64,000 nt of DNA from Candidatus Edwardsbacteria bacterium RifOxyA12_full_54_48 (lineage in GTDB: Bacteria > Edwardsbacteria > AC1 > EtOH8). The translations under genes and the position numbers were made by a program. Where the stretch lies: positions 2,783-66,782 of the forward strand of contig MFFN01000009.1 in NCBI GenBank assembly GCA_001777915.1, given 5' to 3'. Of this stretch, positions 36,435 to 47,295 are shown one piece after another; the first letter of the stretch is position 1; every line of letters starts with the position of its first letter. The notes under the pieces were generated by a model that worked only from the letters and a program-made list of their open reading frames with translations, was not told the DNA's origin and made no database searches.

Positions 36435-37589
36435 ATGAGCACCGATATCAAAAAATCCCTTCGCGAGCTGACCAAAATGCAGCCCGGCGAGGGCTACGTG
36501 CTGAGCGTCTACGTCAACGCCGCCCCGGACGGCAAGGGGCGCAGGAGTTACAACGTTTTTCTCAAGAAGAAATTCAATGAGATCGAGAAGAGCTTAAACC
36601 CGCACAGCCCCGAAGCGGAAAGTTTTCCCAAGGACGTCAAGGAGATAAACCGCTACCTGGAGGAGGACCTGAAGCCGGAGAGCAAGGGGGCCGCCCTATT
36701 CATTTCCCAGAGCAAGAAAATATTCAAGAGCTTCCAGACGGTGCTGCCGCTGGCCAACCGGGTGATAGTGTCCCGGGTTCCGTTCATCTACCCCCTGGCC
36801 AGGATGTCCGACAATTATTACCCTTACGGCGTGATCATCAGCGACGAGAAGCAGGCCAGAATGCTGAAGATATACCTGGGCAACCTGGAGGAGGAGGCCG
36901 ACATAGTCACCGCCGCCGACGACATCTCGGCCAAGGGCTACGAGACCAGGAAGGGCCGGCTGGGCCTGTCCGACGAGAAACACCAGCGGCACCTTAAGGA
37001 TCTCCGGGCCAAACACGTAAAAAGCGTCATCCGGGAGGCCCAGAGATTCTTCCAGGGCGATACCGCCCATCTGCTGGTGGCGGCGGAGAACGGGACTTTG
37101 GCCGAGATCAACCGGCAGCTGCCGGCCGCCCTCAAGGACAAGGTGATCACCACCGCCAAATTCGACATCAAATCCCCCAACAAAAAGGTGCTGGATGAAT
37201 CGCTGAAGCTGTTCCATGACCTGGAGAACCAGGAGTCCCAGAGGATAGCCCGGGAGGCCGTGGTGCTGGCTAAAAGCAAGGGGGGCCGGGCCATGCTGGG
37301 CACCAAGGCCATCCTGGCGGCCCTGCAGGACGGCCGGGCCGAGACCCTGGTGATCTCGGAAAAATACTCCGGGCAGGGCTGGCAGTGCGCCGACTGCCTG
37401 ATGCTGGGAGCCCTGGGCAAACCCAAGGTATGCGTTTATTGCGGCGGCAAGGCCATCGACAAAGATCCGGATATGAAGGAGGAGATGGTGGGCCTGGCCC
37501 TGAGGCACGGGGTCAAGGTGGAATTCGTGGAGGGATCGGCCGAACTGGACCAGAACGGCGGGATCGGGGTCCTGATGAAGAACAGATGA
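36435..37589 (+). CDS. Bacterial aeRF1/Pelota-like (baeRF1-type) protein with a C-terminal zinc ribbon and no GGQ
   Basis: YVLSVYVNAAPDG N-terminus; central KGRLGLSDEKHQRHLKDLRAKHVKSV aligns with eRF1 HGRGGQSALRFARLR; C-terminal MLGTKAILAALQDGRAETLVISE plus CADC...CVYCGG. The ATG lies 10 nt after AAGGAG. Confidence 0.6.
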   Translation: MSTDIKKSLRELTKMQPGEGYVLSVYVNAAPDGKGRRSYNVFLKKKFNEIEKSLNPHSPEAESFPKDVKEINRYLEEDLKPESKGAALFISQSKKIFKSFQTVLPLANRVIVSRVPFIYPLARMSDNYYPYGVIISDEKQARMLKIYLGNLEEEADIVTAADDISAKGYETRKGRLGLSDEKHQRHLKDLRAKHVKSVIREAQRFFQGDTAHLLVAAENGTLAEINRQLPAALKDKVITTAKFDIKSPNKKVLDESLKLFHDLENQESQRIAREAVVLAKSKGGRAMLGTKAILAALQDGRAETLVISEKYSGQGWQCADCLMLGALGKPKVCVYCGGKAIDKDPDMKEEMVGLALRHGVKVEFVEGSAELDQNGGIGVLMKNR

Positions 37590-37644
37590 ATCTAAAATCA
37601 TATTTACCCCTAAAAGCCCATAAATCAATTTTGAGGAGAGCCAT

Positions 37645-39388
<1,744 letters not shown>

Positions 39389-39445
39389 CCGGAGGCTTTA
39401 AGGGCGCCGCATGGTTTTGGATTGTGCGGCGCCGTATTTGTATCC

Positions 39446-41821
39446 ATGAAAAAGATATTCTTAATAACGATCCTGGTGATCATATCCTCCGGGCGGTATG
39501 TTTTTTCCGATGCCACAGCCCGGGAATTGCAGATATTCCAGACCAATTCCACCAACGGGAACCTATTCCCCTGTCGCTGCCCCAGCGAGCCCAAGGGGGG
39601 ACTTGCCAAACAGGCATCCCTGATAAAGAAGCTGGCCGGCGGCGGACCTTACTGGCTGCTGGAGTCCGGGGACATCTTCGGGATCAACACCGACCGGCCC
39701 TCGGATTCGCTGGTTTTGGCGGCCTACCAGGCCATGAAGTACCAGGCGGTGGCCGTCGGCGACCAGGAGCTGGCCAAGGGGGGCGACTATTTCCTGCAAT
39801 TGAAAGACCGGTTTGACATTCCCTTTGTTTCCGCCAATCTGCTTTACAATGGCAGACCGATGGCCGAAGCCTACCTTATCTGCTCTTTAGGCAAACCAGC
39901 GGTAAAAGCTGCGGTGATCGGGCTGATATCGCCCCAGACCATGCTATATTACCCCCAGGAAAAACTGGCGGGCATACAGATCCTTCCGCCCCAACCGGTG
40001 CTCCGTGGCCTGATCGACAGTTTAAAGGGCAAGGTTGACCTGTTCATCCTGGCCTCGCATCTGGGGTTCGAGGAAGAGGTTGAGATCGCCCAAAAATTTC
40101 CGGAGCTGTCGCTGATCATCGGCGGGCACAGCCAGACCGAATTGAATGAAGCGGACCGTACCGGAAACGTGCCGATAGTAGAATCGGGCTCCAGCGGCAA
40201 ACGGCTGACCAGAGCGGTTTTGACCAGAAAGAACGGCAAGTGGCTGTTATCGGAATCAAAGCTTTATGGAATAACCTCCGACCTGCCCGACGATCCCGCA
40301 GTTTCTAAAATTATAGGACCAATGCCGGGTTATTCCCATCATAATAGCGACACAGTAAGCAGCGCCAAGATCGAAAGATCGGTCATTCATATCTTTGTGG
40401 CCCCGGACTGCCCCGACTGCCAAAAGCTGGAGGATGGGCTTTTCAAAAAAACAGCCCGCCAATATTCCAGCCAACTCAAGATCCAGTATCATATGGTTGA
40501 TGATTCCCGGGAATACAAGTTACTGCTGGATTATGAAAAATTATGTAACGATAAAAACAATGAGATACCGGCGGTAGTCATAAACGGCCGGATCCTGGCC
40601 GGGGTGGAGGAGATCGAAAAAGAATTGGAGGGCCTGCTGGGCCTGCAGTTGAACCGGAAAACTATAGAGAACACAAAAGATAAAAGATCAGATATAAAAA
40701 ACAGCGGACTAGAAAACACGACAGCAAACGAGGCATTCGTCGATAGCATCTACCTGGCCTTGGTCACCGACCTGCGCTGCCAGAAATGCGGCCGGGCCGA
40801 GTACATGATAAGGGCTTTGCAGGATGAGCATCCCCGGTTGGCGGTCAGGAAGTTCGACCTGCAGACCAGGGAGGGCAAGCTGATGGCCGAGGCCCTGGGC
40901 CTGCTATACGGCCTGCCGGGCGACAGCCGCCTTAAGGCTCCGGCGGCCTACCTGGGGGAAGACTATCTGCTGGAGGCCCAGATGGACGATCAGGCCCTGT
41001 CGTCCCTGATCGCCAAGTACCAGGCCGGCACTCTCCGCATTCCCTGGGAGGAGGCCCAGGTCCTGGCCGACCGGGCAGGCCAGAGCATCTTCCAGCGCTT
41101 CAAATCCTTCGGCCTGCTGGGGGTGATGGGGGCGGGTCTGCTGGACGGGATCAACCCCTGTTCCCTGGCGGTGTTGGTGTTCTTCATCTCCTACCTGGCC
41201 TTTGTGGGCCGCAAAAGATGGGAGATCCTGGCGGTGGGCATCTCCTACACCCTGGCCGACTTCCTGGTGTACTTCCTGATCGGCATCGGGAGCCTGTCTT
41301 TCCTGATGACCCTCAAGTCACTTCCCCTGCTAAGCAAAATACTTTACTGGCTGGCGGTGGTCGCCGGGTTCATCCTAGCCTTCTATAATTTCAGGGATTA
41401 TTTGAAAGCCCGCCGGGGAGATCTCTCCGGAATGGACCTTCAGTTGTCCAGCAAGACCAAACAGCGAATACACAAGGTCATCCGCGACCGAATGGGGGCC
41501 GGGGGGCTTATCGGAGGTGCTTTTGTGGCGGGGCTGATCACCTCGGTCCTGGAGTTCGCCTGCACCGGGCAGGTCTATTTGCCCACCATCGCCTTTGTCA
41601 GCCAGATATCCTCGGCCAGATACCAGGCCTACGGCTATCTGCTGTTGTACAACCTGATGTTCGAGGTGCCGATGATAGTCACCTTCGTCATCGCCTTCTG
41701 GGGGGTGTCATCCAAGACCATCGCCGGATGGGCTCAGCGCTCGGTGGCCGGAGTGAAACTGGCCACCGCCATACTGTTCACGGTGATGAGCCTGGCGCTG
41801 ATATTGATTCTGCTAGGTTAA
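39446..41821 (+). CDS. Multidomain envelope protein: phosphoesterase/5'-nucleotidase-like N-terminus, two thioredoxin-like CxxC modules and a DsbD/CcdA-like membrane domain
   Basis: Signal peptide MKKIFLITILVIISSG; ...SHLGFEEEVEIAQKFPELSLIIGGHSQTE; CPDC (40409-40420) and CQKC (40778-40789). The C-terminal ~6 TM region has LLDGINPCSLAV and EFACTGQVYLP. Confidence 0.5.
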   Translation: MKKIFLITILVIISSGRYVFSDATARELQIFQTNSTNGNLFPCRCPSEPKGGLAKQASLIKKLAGGGPYWLLESGDIFGINTDRPSDSLVLAAYQAMKYQAVAVGDQELAKGGDYFLQLKDRFDIPFVSANLLYNGRPMAEAYLICSLGKPAVKAAVIGLISPQTMLYYPQEKLAGIQILPPQPVLRGLIDSLKGKVDLFILASHLGFEEEVEIAQKFPELSLIIGGHSQTELNEADRTGNVPIVESGSSGKRLTRAVLTRKNGKWLLSESKLYGITSDLPDDPAVSKIIGPMPGYSHHNSDTVSSAKIERSVIHIFVAPDCPDCQKLEDGLFKKTARQYSSQLKIQYHMVDDSREYKLLLDYEKLCNDKNNEIPAVVINGRILAGVEEIEKELEGLLGLQLNRKTIENTKDKRSDIKNSGLENTTANEAFVDSIYLALVTDLRCQKCGRAEYMIRALQDEHPRLAVRKFDLQTREGKLMAEALGLLYGLPGDSRLKAPAAYLGEDYLLEAQMDDQALSSLIAKYQAGTLRIPWEEAQVLADRAGQSIFQRFKSFGLLGVMGAGLLDGINPCSLAVLVFFISYLAFVGRKRWEILAVGISYTLADFLVYFLIGIGSLSFLMTLKSLPLLSKILYWLAVVAGFILAFYNFRDYLKARRGDLSGMDLQLSSKTKQRIHKVIRDRMGAGGLIGGAFVAGLITSVLEFACTGQVYLPTIAFVSQISSARYQAYGYLLLYNLMFEVPMIVTFVIAFWGVSSKTIAGWAQRSVAGVKLATAILFTVMSLALILILLG

Positions 41822-41929
41822 TAATTTTGACTCTAAATGAAATTGATATACAGCTTATAGCATGTAATATTTGTAAATGGCAGTGTTGCAAGGGAAGAAA
41901 CACCGTTTTGAGGCTTGGCTTCTTTTACC

Positions 41930-42312
41930 GCTTTCTCTTTAAAGAGAAAGCTACAAAGTCACGCCAAAGGCGGATCCGCCTATATGGATTTACCTGCGGT
42001 GGCGGAAGAACTGTCGCTGCACCGCTGCCTGGAAGTTTTAATATCCATCTGCCTAAATGTCTTGACCACGAAACAGGGCACTCGCAGGCAAAACATTCTT
42101 TACGGCAGCTTTTGCCAAACAGCAGCGCTGATGCGACCCGGGACCCCGCCTTTAAGTGGAGCGGTGTAAGCATCAGCCCCGATAAAGCAGTCATTGTGTC
42201 ATTTGCATCAGGCTTGTTCTGGTTCAATGGATGCCGGGGCGCAGGTCTTACTGTCCGCGCAACTGGGCGGAAAGGACATCTTTGGTTACTTTCTTGGTTA
42301 CAAGAAAGTAAC
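41930..42312 (-). repeat. Copy 2 of the hairpin-headed repeat element (170-bp conserved core 42141-42312 plus a copy-specific extension ending in a second hairpin)
   Basis: The reverse complement of 42285-42312 is GTTACTTTCTTG-TAAC-CAAGAAAGTAAC, and the following 145 nt align without gaps to 13679-13820. The far end carries the GCTTTCTCTTTAAAGAGAAAGC palindrome (41930-41951). Confidence 0.6.
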
Positions 42313-42381
42313 AGGTAAGACATTGCAGGAATGCTTTTGTACAAACTAAATACCGAAAAAATATAATTATAAAAGAGAGTT

Positions 42382-42714
42382 ATGCCGAGTAATTATTTTC
42401 AACAGAACAAAGATTATCTTATGGCCACCGCCGTGGGATTATTGGCCGGATGGCTGGACCTGCTTCATGTCAGCTGGATATGGGCCGCCTTGTTGGTATT
42501 GTTTGGCGGAGCAGCTTTGGGACATTTCTTCGAACGGCACCCCCGCAGCCTGGCTTTCTCGCTGGGGTTCGGACCGTTCCTGCTGCAGCTGGCGGCCCTG
42601 ATGTTCGACCGGATGCCGGCTTTCAAGCAGAACCTGTTCTTCTCCCTGCTGGCTCTGATCCCGGCTTTCCTAGGGGTCTATGCCGGGCAGCTGTTCAAAA
42701 AACTTAATAAATAG
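42382..42714 (+). CDS. Small hypothetical membrane protein (110 aa, ~3 TM helices)
   Basis: Hydrophobic segments LLAGWLDLLHVSWIWAALLVLFGGAALG and FGPFLLQLAALMF; no family recognised. Confidence 0.35.
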   Translation: MPSNYFQQNKDYLMATAVGLLAGWLDLLHVSWIWAALLVLFGGAALGHFFERHPRSLAFSLGFGPFLLQLAALMFDRMPAFKQNLFFSLLALIPAFLGVYAGQLFKKLNK

Positions 42715-42734
42715 CAATAGGACTTTGGCCGGAT

Positions 42735-44174
42735 ATGAACAGCGGCTCCCTCGACAGTTCCCAGAAAAACCCCAGGTACAAACGGCCGATGCTTTGGCTG
42801 GAATCGGTGTCCGGCTATTTTTATCCTTTTGAAATAATAGAGCGCAAGATAGACACGCTGGAGATCATCGGGGAATGGGAAACGGCTGAGGCCATCCTTA
42901 CCGGTTCGCTGTTAGAACTGGATAGGTTCGATGACAAGATCATGCTGGCCGAAGCCTGCAGCCGGCTGGGCAGCCTGAAGGTCAATCGGGGCCAGTATTC
43001 TGATGCCGGCAAGGTATTCGATCGGTCCCTTACCATCTTTCAGGATGCGGACGATAAAAGAGGACAGGGCCGGGTGCTGTGCAACATCGCCAGCATCCAT
43101 CACAACCGGGGGGACTACGACAGCGCCCTGGACTGCCTGAAAGAGGCCCTGGGGTACGCCGAAGAGTTGGATAACAAACAGGGGATCAGCCGGGCCATCG
43201 GCAATATCGGTATCATCTATTATGAGAAGGGCGATTTCCAGAAGGCGGTCGAGTATTACCAGCGGGCCATGGATATCTCCCGGGAGCTGGGCGACCAGGA
43301 GACCGAGACCATCTCGGTGGGCAATATCGGGATGATCTACCAGGAGATAGGCGACTATCCCAAGGCTTTGGAGTATTGCACCCGTTATCTGAAGATGGCC
43401 CAGAGCCAGGGGAACAAACAGGTGATCAGCTATGCCCTGGGAAATGTGGGATCCATCTATTTCGAACTGGACGAACTGAAAAAGGCCAGGGAATACTTTA
43501 AGAAATACCTGGAGATATCCCTTGAATTGGGGGACAAACCGGGCCAGATAGTGGCCTGCGACGACATGGGGATCACAGAGATGTTTCTGGGCAACTTCCC
43601 GGCCAGTCAGGAATATTACGACAAGGCTTTGGAGCTGACCTCCGAACTGAGCAATGCCGAGAATCTGGCGGTCCTTTTGGCCAACATCGGCAAACTGCAG
43701 GCCCGGCTGGGAAATATGGTCCAGGCGGAGGGATATTTTGTCAAAGGCATAGAAAGCGCCAAGAAAACAGAAAATAATTTTCAACTGGCGCAGAATTACT
43801 TTTTCCTGGCCGATTTCTATCATAAGGAAGGGCGGCTGCAGCCGGCCAGGGAGTACAATCAAAGGGCATTGGAACTGGCCCGGGAGACCAACTGCCGGGA
43901 GGTGATCATAAACGCGGGGATACTGGAGAACCTTCTGCTGGCAGGGGATGACAGGCCCCGGGCCGTCTCCGGCCTGGAAACCATGCTGTCGGACATTCAA
44001 ACCGAGAAACACCGGGCGGAGATAAATTATCACCTTCTCAAGCTGGCCGGCCGGGAAGTCAACCGGAAAATTGCCGCCGGGCTTTATAGGGAACTTTGGC
44101 AGAGATCGGGCAATATAGATTACCGTGACCGGCTGAAAGAAATTCAAACATCCATTAATAAAAGGGAACCATGA
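42735..44174 (+). CDS. Tetratricopeptide-repeat protein
   Basis: About 9 tandem 40-aa units of the type GxxxxNIGxIYxxxGDYxKALEYYxKAL. Confidence 0.7.
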   Translation: MNSGSLDSSQKNPRYKRPMLWLESVSGYFYPFEIIERKIDTLEIIGEWETAEAILTGSLLELDRFDDKIMLAEACSRLGSLKVNRGQYSDAGKVFDRSLTIFQDADDKRGQGRVLCNIASIHHNRGDYDSALDCLKEALGYAEELDNKQGISRAIGNIGIIYYEKGDFQKAVEYYQRAMDISRELGDQETETISVGNIGMIYQEIGDYPKALEYCTRYLKMAQSQGNKQVISYALGNVGSIYFELDELKKAREYFKKYLEISLELGDKPGQIVACDDMGITEMFLGNFPASQEYYDKALELTSELSNAENLAVLLANIGKLQARLGNMVQAEGYFVKGIESAKKTENNFQLAQNYFFLADFYHKEGRLQPAREYNQRALELARETNCREVIINAGILENLLLAGDDRPRAVSGLETMLSDIQTEKHRAEINYHLLKLAGREVNRKIAAGLYRELWQRSGNIDYRDRLKEIQTSINKREP

Positions 44175-44998
44175 AAGAGCTGATACTTAAGAACGTGAAG
44201 ATAGGCCGTGGGAATCCGCTGGCCCTGATAGCCGGGCCCTGCGTGCTGGAGGACGAGGCGGTGGTGATGAGGACCGCCGAACAGGTAAAAAAGATCTCCG
44301 AAAAGCTGAAGATCGGCCTGGTGTTCAAGTCCTCCTATAAAAAAGACAACCGTTCTTCGGCCAAGAGCTACCAGGGGCCGGGGCTGGAAAAGGGTTTGAA
44401 AATACTGGAGAAGGTCAAAAAGCAGTTCGATGTGCCGGTGCTCTCCGATGTGCATTATCCCGAGGAGGTGGCGGCCTGCGCCCAGGTGCTGGACATCATC
44501 CAGATCCCGGCCTATCTGTGCATGCAGACAGAGCTGACATTAAGGGTCGCCAAGACCGGCAAGGTGGTCAACATAAAAAAGGGGCAGTTTTTGGCCCCGG
44601 AGGATATGGGACATATCGTCAAAAAGATCGAGGAGACCGGCAATACCAATATCCTGCTGACCGAGCGCGGCAGTTGCTTCGGCTACCACAACCTGGTGGT
44701 GGATTTTAAGGCCCTGCCCATCATGCGTTCGCTGGGATATCCGGTGGTGTTCGACGTCACCCACACCATCCGCAAATATGGCAAGCCATCCAGCGATCCG
44801 GCCGGGGGGAGCCCGGAATTCATCGAGCCGCTGGCCCGGGCCGGGGTGGCCTGCGGCTGCGACGCCATATTCATCGAGACCCATCCCAGGCCCTGCGAGG
44901 CCAAATGCGATGCAGCCAGCATGCTGGAGCTGTCAAAATTGGAGCGGCTGCTGGAGAGTTTAATGGAACTGGACCAGGTGGCCAGGAAGTACGTTTAA
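44171..44998 (+). CDS. kdsA: 3-deoxy-8-phosphooctulonate (KDO-8-P) synthase
   Basis: LALIAGPCVLEDE...VFKSSYKKDNRSS...DIIQIPAYLCMQTEL...VFDVTHT. Confidence 0.9.
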   Translation: MKELILKNVKIGRGNPLALIAGPCVLEDEAVVMRTAEQVKKISEKLKIGLVFKSSYKKDNRSSAKSYQGPGLEKGLKILEKVKKQFDVPVLSDVHYPEEVAACAQVLDIIQIPAYLCMQTELTLRVAKTGKVVNIKKGQFLAPEDMGHIVKKIEETGNTNILLTERGSCFGYHNLVVDFKALPIMRSLGYPVVFDVTHTIRKYGKPSSDPAGGSPEFIEPLARAGVACGCDAIFIETHPRPCEAKCDAASMLELSKLERLLESLMELDQVARKYV

Positions 44999-45034
44999 CC
45001 ACCAAGCCACCAAGAAATTATCTGGAGCTAAAGT

Positions 45035-45091
45035 GTCATCCCCGCAACAGCGGGAATCCAGGTTTGGATGCCCGTTTTCACGGGCATGACA
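45035..45091. repeat. REP-like double-hairpin element, family 1
   Basis: GTCATCCCCGC-AACA-GCGGGAATCCAGG...GGATGCCCG-TTTTCA-CGGGCATGACA. Confidence 0.6.
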
Positions 45092-45120
45092 AATAGGATG
45101 AAATAAAGCCAAAGGAGTAA

Positions 45121-46800
45121 GTGATGAAAAAGATTATCCTGATCTCAGCCCTGATGCTGATAGCCTCCGGCACGTTTGCTCTGCAGACCATAGAGCAGAA
45201 GACCCCCATTTCGCAGGTGGTGATCTACAACGACCGGGTGGAGATAACCCGGATGCACAAGACCGGCTACCAGCCCGGGGAATACCAGCTCAAGATGACC
45301 GACCTGCCGTCCTCGCTGGACGAGAACTCGGTGCGGACCTCGGGGAGCGGCACGGCCGAGGTCAAGATCAACGGGGTGAAGATCGAAACGGTCTACCTGG
45401 ACACCACCACCAACCAGAAATACAAGGCCCTGGAGGATTCGGTGGAGCAGCTCAAGGAACAGCAGAAGATCTACGACGACCGCTACGGTCTGCTGCAGAA
45501 GGAGGCCGATTACCTGGAGAAGATAAAAAATGCCAGCACTGCTTTGCCTTCAGGCAGAGAATCCGAAAAGCCCAGATCCACCACGGTCAGCGAGTGGACC
45601 GGGCTGTATAATTTCTACGATGCCAAATTCGAAGCCATAAACAAGGAACAGCGGAGCATCGAGAAAAACAAGAAGGCCCTGCAGGCCAGGCTGAACGCCC
45701 TGCAGAGCCGCCTGCACAAGATATCGGCCGGGGCCAACCTGACCAAGAAGAACGTCAGCGTCAGCTTCACCGTCAAAAAGGAGGGCAGTTTGGCCCTAGC
45801 CTTAAGCTATATGATGATGGGGGCCTCCTGGCATCCCCAATACGACATCCGGGTGTCGCCGGAGAACAAGGAGGTGGAGTTCACCTATTACGGGGTGATC
45901 TACCAGAACACCGGCGAGGATTGGAAGAACGTCAAAATAACGCTGTCCACCGCCCAGCCGTCCATCTCCGGCTCCATGCCGGCCCTCAAGCCCTGGTATG
46001 TGGATGTCTATCAACAGTATTATCAGAAGGGACAAGCACCGCAAAGAGCCAAACAGATCCTTTCTGTCGGTAAAGAAATGCAACAGGTTCAGTCTCCTAT
46101 TTTTGATGAGGCAACTTCACCATCACGAGGTGTTATAGGAAATACGGCTGGAATAGTTACTTCTGATGTTGAATTCACAGGCACCTCCTACGTTTACCTG
46201 ACACCCGGCGAGAACAACATCCCCTCGGACGGCGAGCCGCACAAGATCCCCATCGCCTTCGAGACCCTGAAGGCCGACTTCGAATATTCTTCGGCCCCCC
46301 GCCTGAAACAGTACGCCTACCTGCAGGGCAAGGTCAAGAACACCACCGAGTATCCCTTCATCGCCGGGGACATCAACGTTTTCTTCGGCAATAATTTCGT
46401 GGGCACTTCGGCCATCAACACCGTCATCCCCTCGGAAAAGTTCGACGTCTCGCTGGGCATAGACGAGGGCATCAAGATCACCCGGCAGAAGGTGAGGGAC
46501 CTGGTCGAGAACGGCAAGCGGATCAAGCGAACCTACGGCTACAAGGTGACGGTCAAGAATCTCAAGAAAACCAAGGAGATCCTGACGGTCAACGAACAGT
46601 ATCCGGTCTCCCGGAATGATAAGATCAAGGTCAAATTGGTGTCGCCCAAGTTCGACGACGAAAAGCTGGAATACGGGATCAAGGAAAAGGCCAACGGCAT
46701 CATCGAATGGAAGATGGAACTGGGCCCGCAGGAGAAGAAGGAGATGGAATTGGAGTACATTTTGGAATATCCCGGCGGGGTCAGCGTGACCGGACTATAA
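45121..46800 (+). CDS. DUF4139/DUF4140 (MuiA-like, TIGR02231-type) protein
   Basis: Signal peptide; ISQVVIYNDRVEITRMHK...LPSSLDENSVRTSG; a central coiled coil; C-terminal ...YPFIAGDINVFFGNNFVGTSAI...FDVSLGIDEGIKITR. Confidence 0.7.
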   Translation: MMKKIILISALMLIASGTFALQTIEQKTPISQVVIYNDRVEITRMHKTGYQPGEYQLKMTDLPSSLDENSVRTSGSGTAEVKINGVKIETVYLDTTTNQKYKALEDSVEQLKEQQKIYDDRYGLLQKEADYLEKIKNASTALPSGRESEKPRSTTVSEWTGLYNFYDAKFEAINKEQRSIEKNKKALQARLNALQSRLHKISAGANLTKKNVSVSFTVKKEGSLALALSYMMMGASWHPQYDIRVSPENKEVEFTYYGVIYQNTGEDWKNVKITLSTAQPSISGSMPALKPWYVDVYQQYYQKGQAPQRAKQILSVGKEMQQVQSPIFDEATSPSRGVIGNTAGIVTSDVEFTGTSYVYLTPGENNIPSDGEPHKIPIAFETLKADFEYSSAPRLKQYAYLQGKVKNTTEYPFIAGDINVFFGNNFVGTSAINTVIPSEKFDVSLGIDEGIKITRQKVRDLVENGKRIKRTYGYKVTVKNLKKTKEILTVNEQYPVSRNDKIKVKLVSPKFDDEKLEYGIKEKANGIIEWKMELGPQEKKEMELEYILEYPGGVSVTGL

Positions 46801-46803
46801 TAT

Positions 46804-47278
46804 AACCACCAAGACACCAAGGCACCAATAATCTAATTCAATTTCCAAAGTGGATATGGATAAGCTTGTGCCCTTGCCAGAACATCTAGATAGATTGGCG
46901 AAAATAGTGGTGGACTCTGCTTATAAAGTTCATACTGCACTTGGCCCAGGGTTGCTTGAATCCGTGTATGAAAAATGTATGTTGCCTGAACTAAGGTCAC
47001 GGAACATTAAATGCAAAGAGCAAGTGGAAGTGCCGATCACTTATGGAGAAGTAAAAATAGATGCAGGTTTTCGGATAGATATTATAGTTGAGGATGAGGT
47101 AATTGTAGAACTTAAGGCAGTAGAAAAACATAACCCCCTATACGAAGCCCAATTGTTGACATATTTAAAACTCACCAAAAAGCGATTAGGATTATTGATA
47201 AATTTCAATGTTCCTGTTATCAAACAAGGGATAAAAAGAATAGTTTTATAAACTTCGTGTCTTGGGGTCTTGGTGGTT
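46804..47278. mobile_element. GxxExxY gene cassette bounded by 23-bp imperfect inverted repeats
   Basis: AACCACCAAGACACCAAGGCACC (46804-46826) matches the reverse complement of CGTGTCTTGGGGTCTTGGTGGTT (47256-47278) at 20 of 23 positions. Confidence 0.4.
46856..47251 (+). CDS. GxxExxY family protein (PD-(D/E)XK-like fold)
   Basis: AYKVHTALGPGLLESVYEKCM...DIIVEDEVIVELKAVEK...AQLLTYLKLTKKRLGLLINFN. A GTG at 46850 is an alternative start. Confidence 0.8.
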   Translation: MDKLVPLPEHLDRLAKIVVDSAYKVHTALGPGLLESVYEKCMLPELRSRNIKCKEQVEVPITYGEVKIDAGFRIDIIVEDEVIVELKAVEKHNPLYEAQLLTYLKLTKKRLGLLINFNVPVIKQGIKRIVL

Positions 47279-47295
47279 AAAAAGAAGGAAGGAAA

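Noticed and set aside
41728-42318. 196-aa + strand ORF spanning the end of the 791-aa gene and the repeat element
   Set aside because: It begins in an alternative frame of a well-supported gene and continues across palindromic repeat DNA. There is no coding-like composition or start context.
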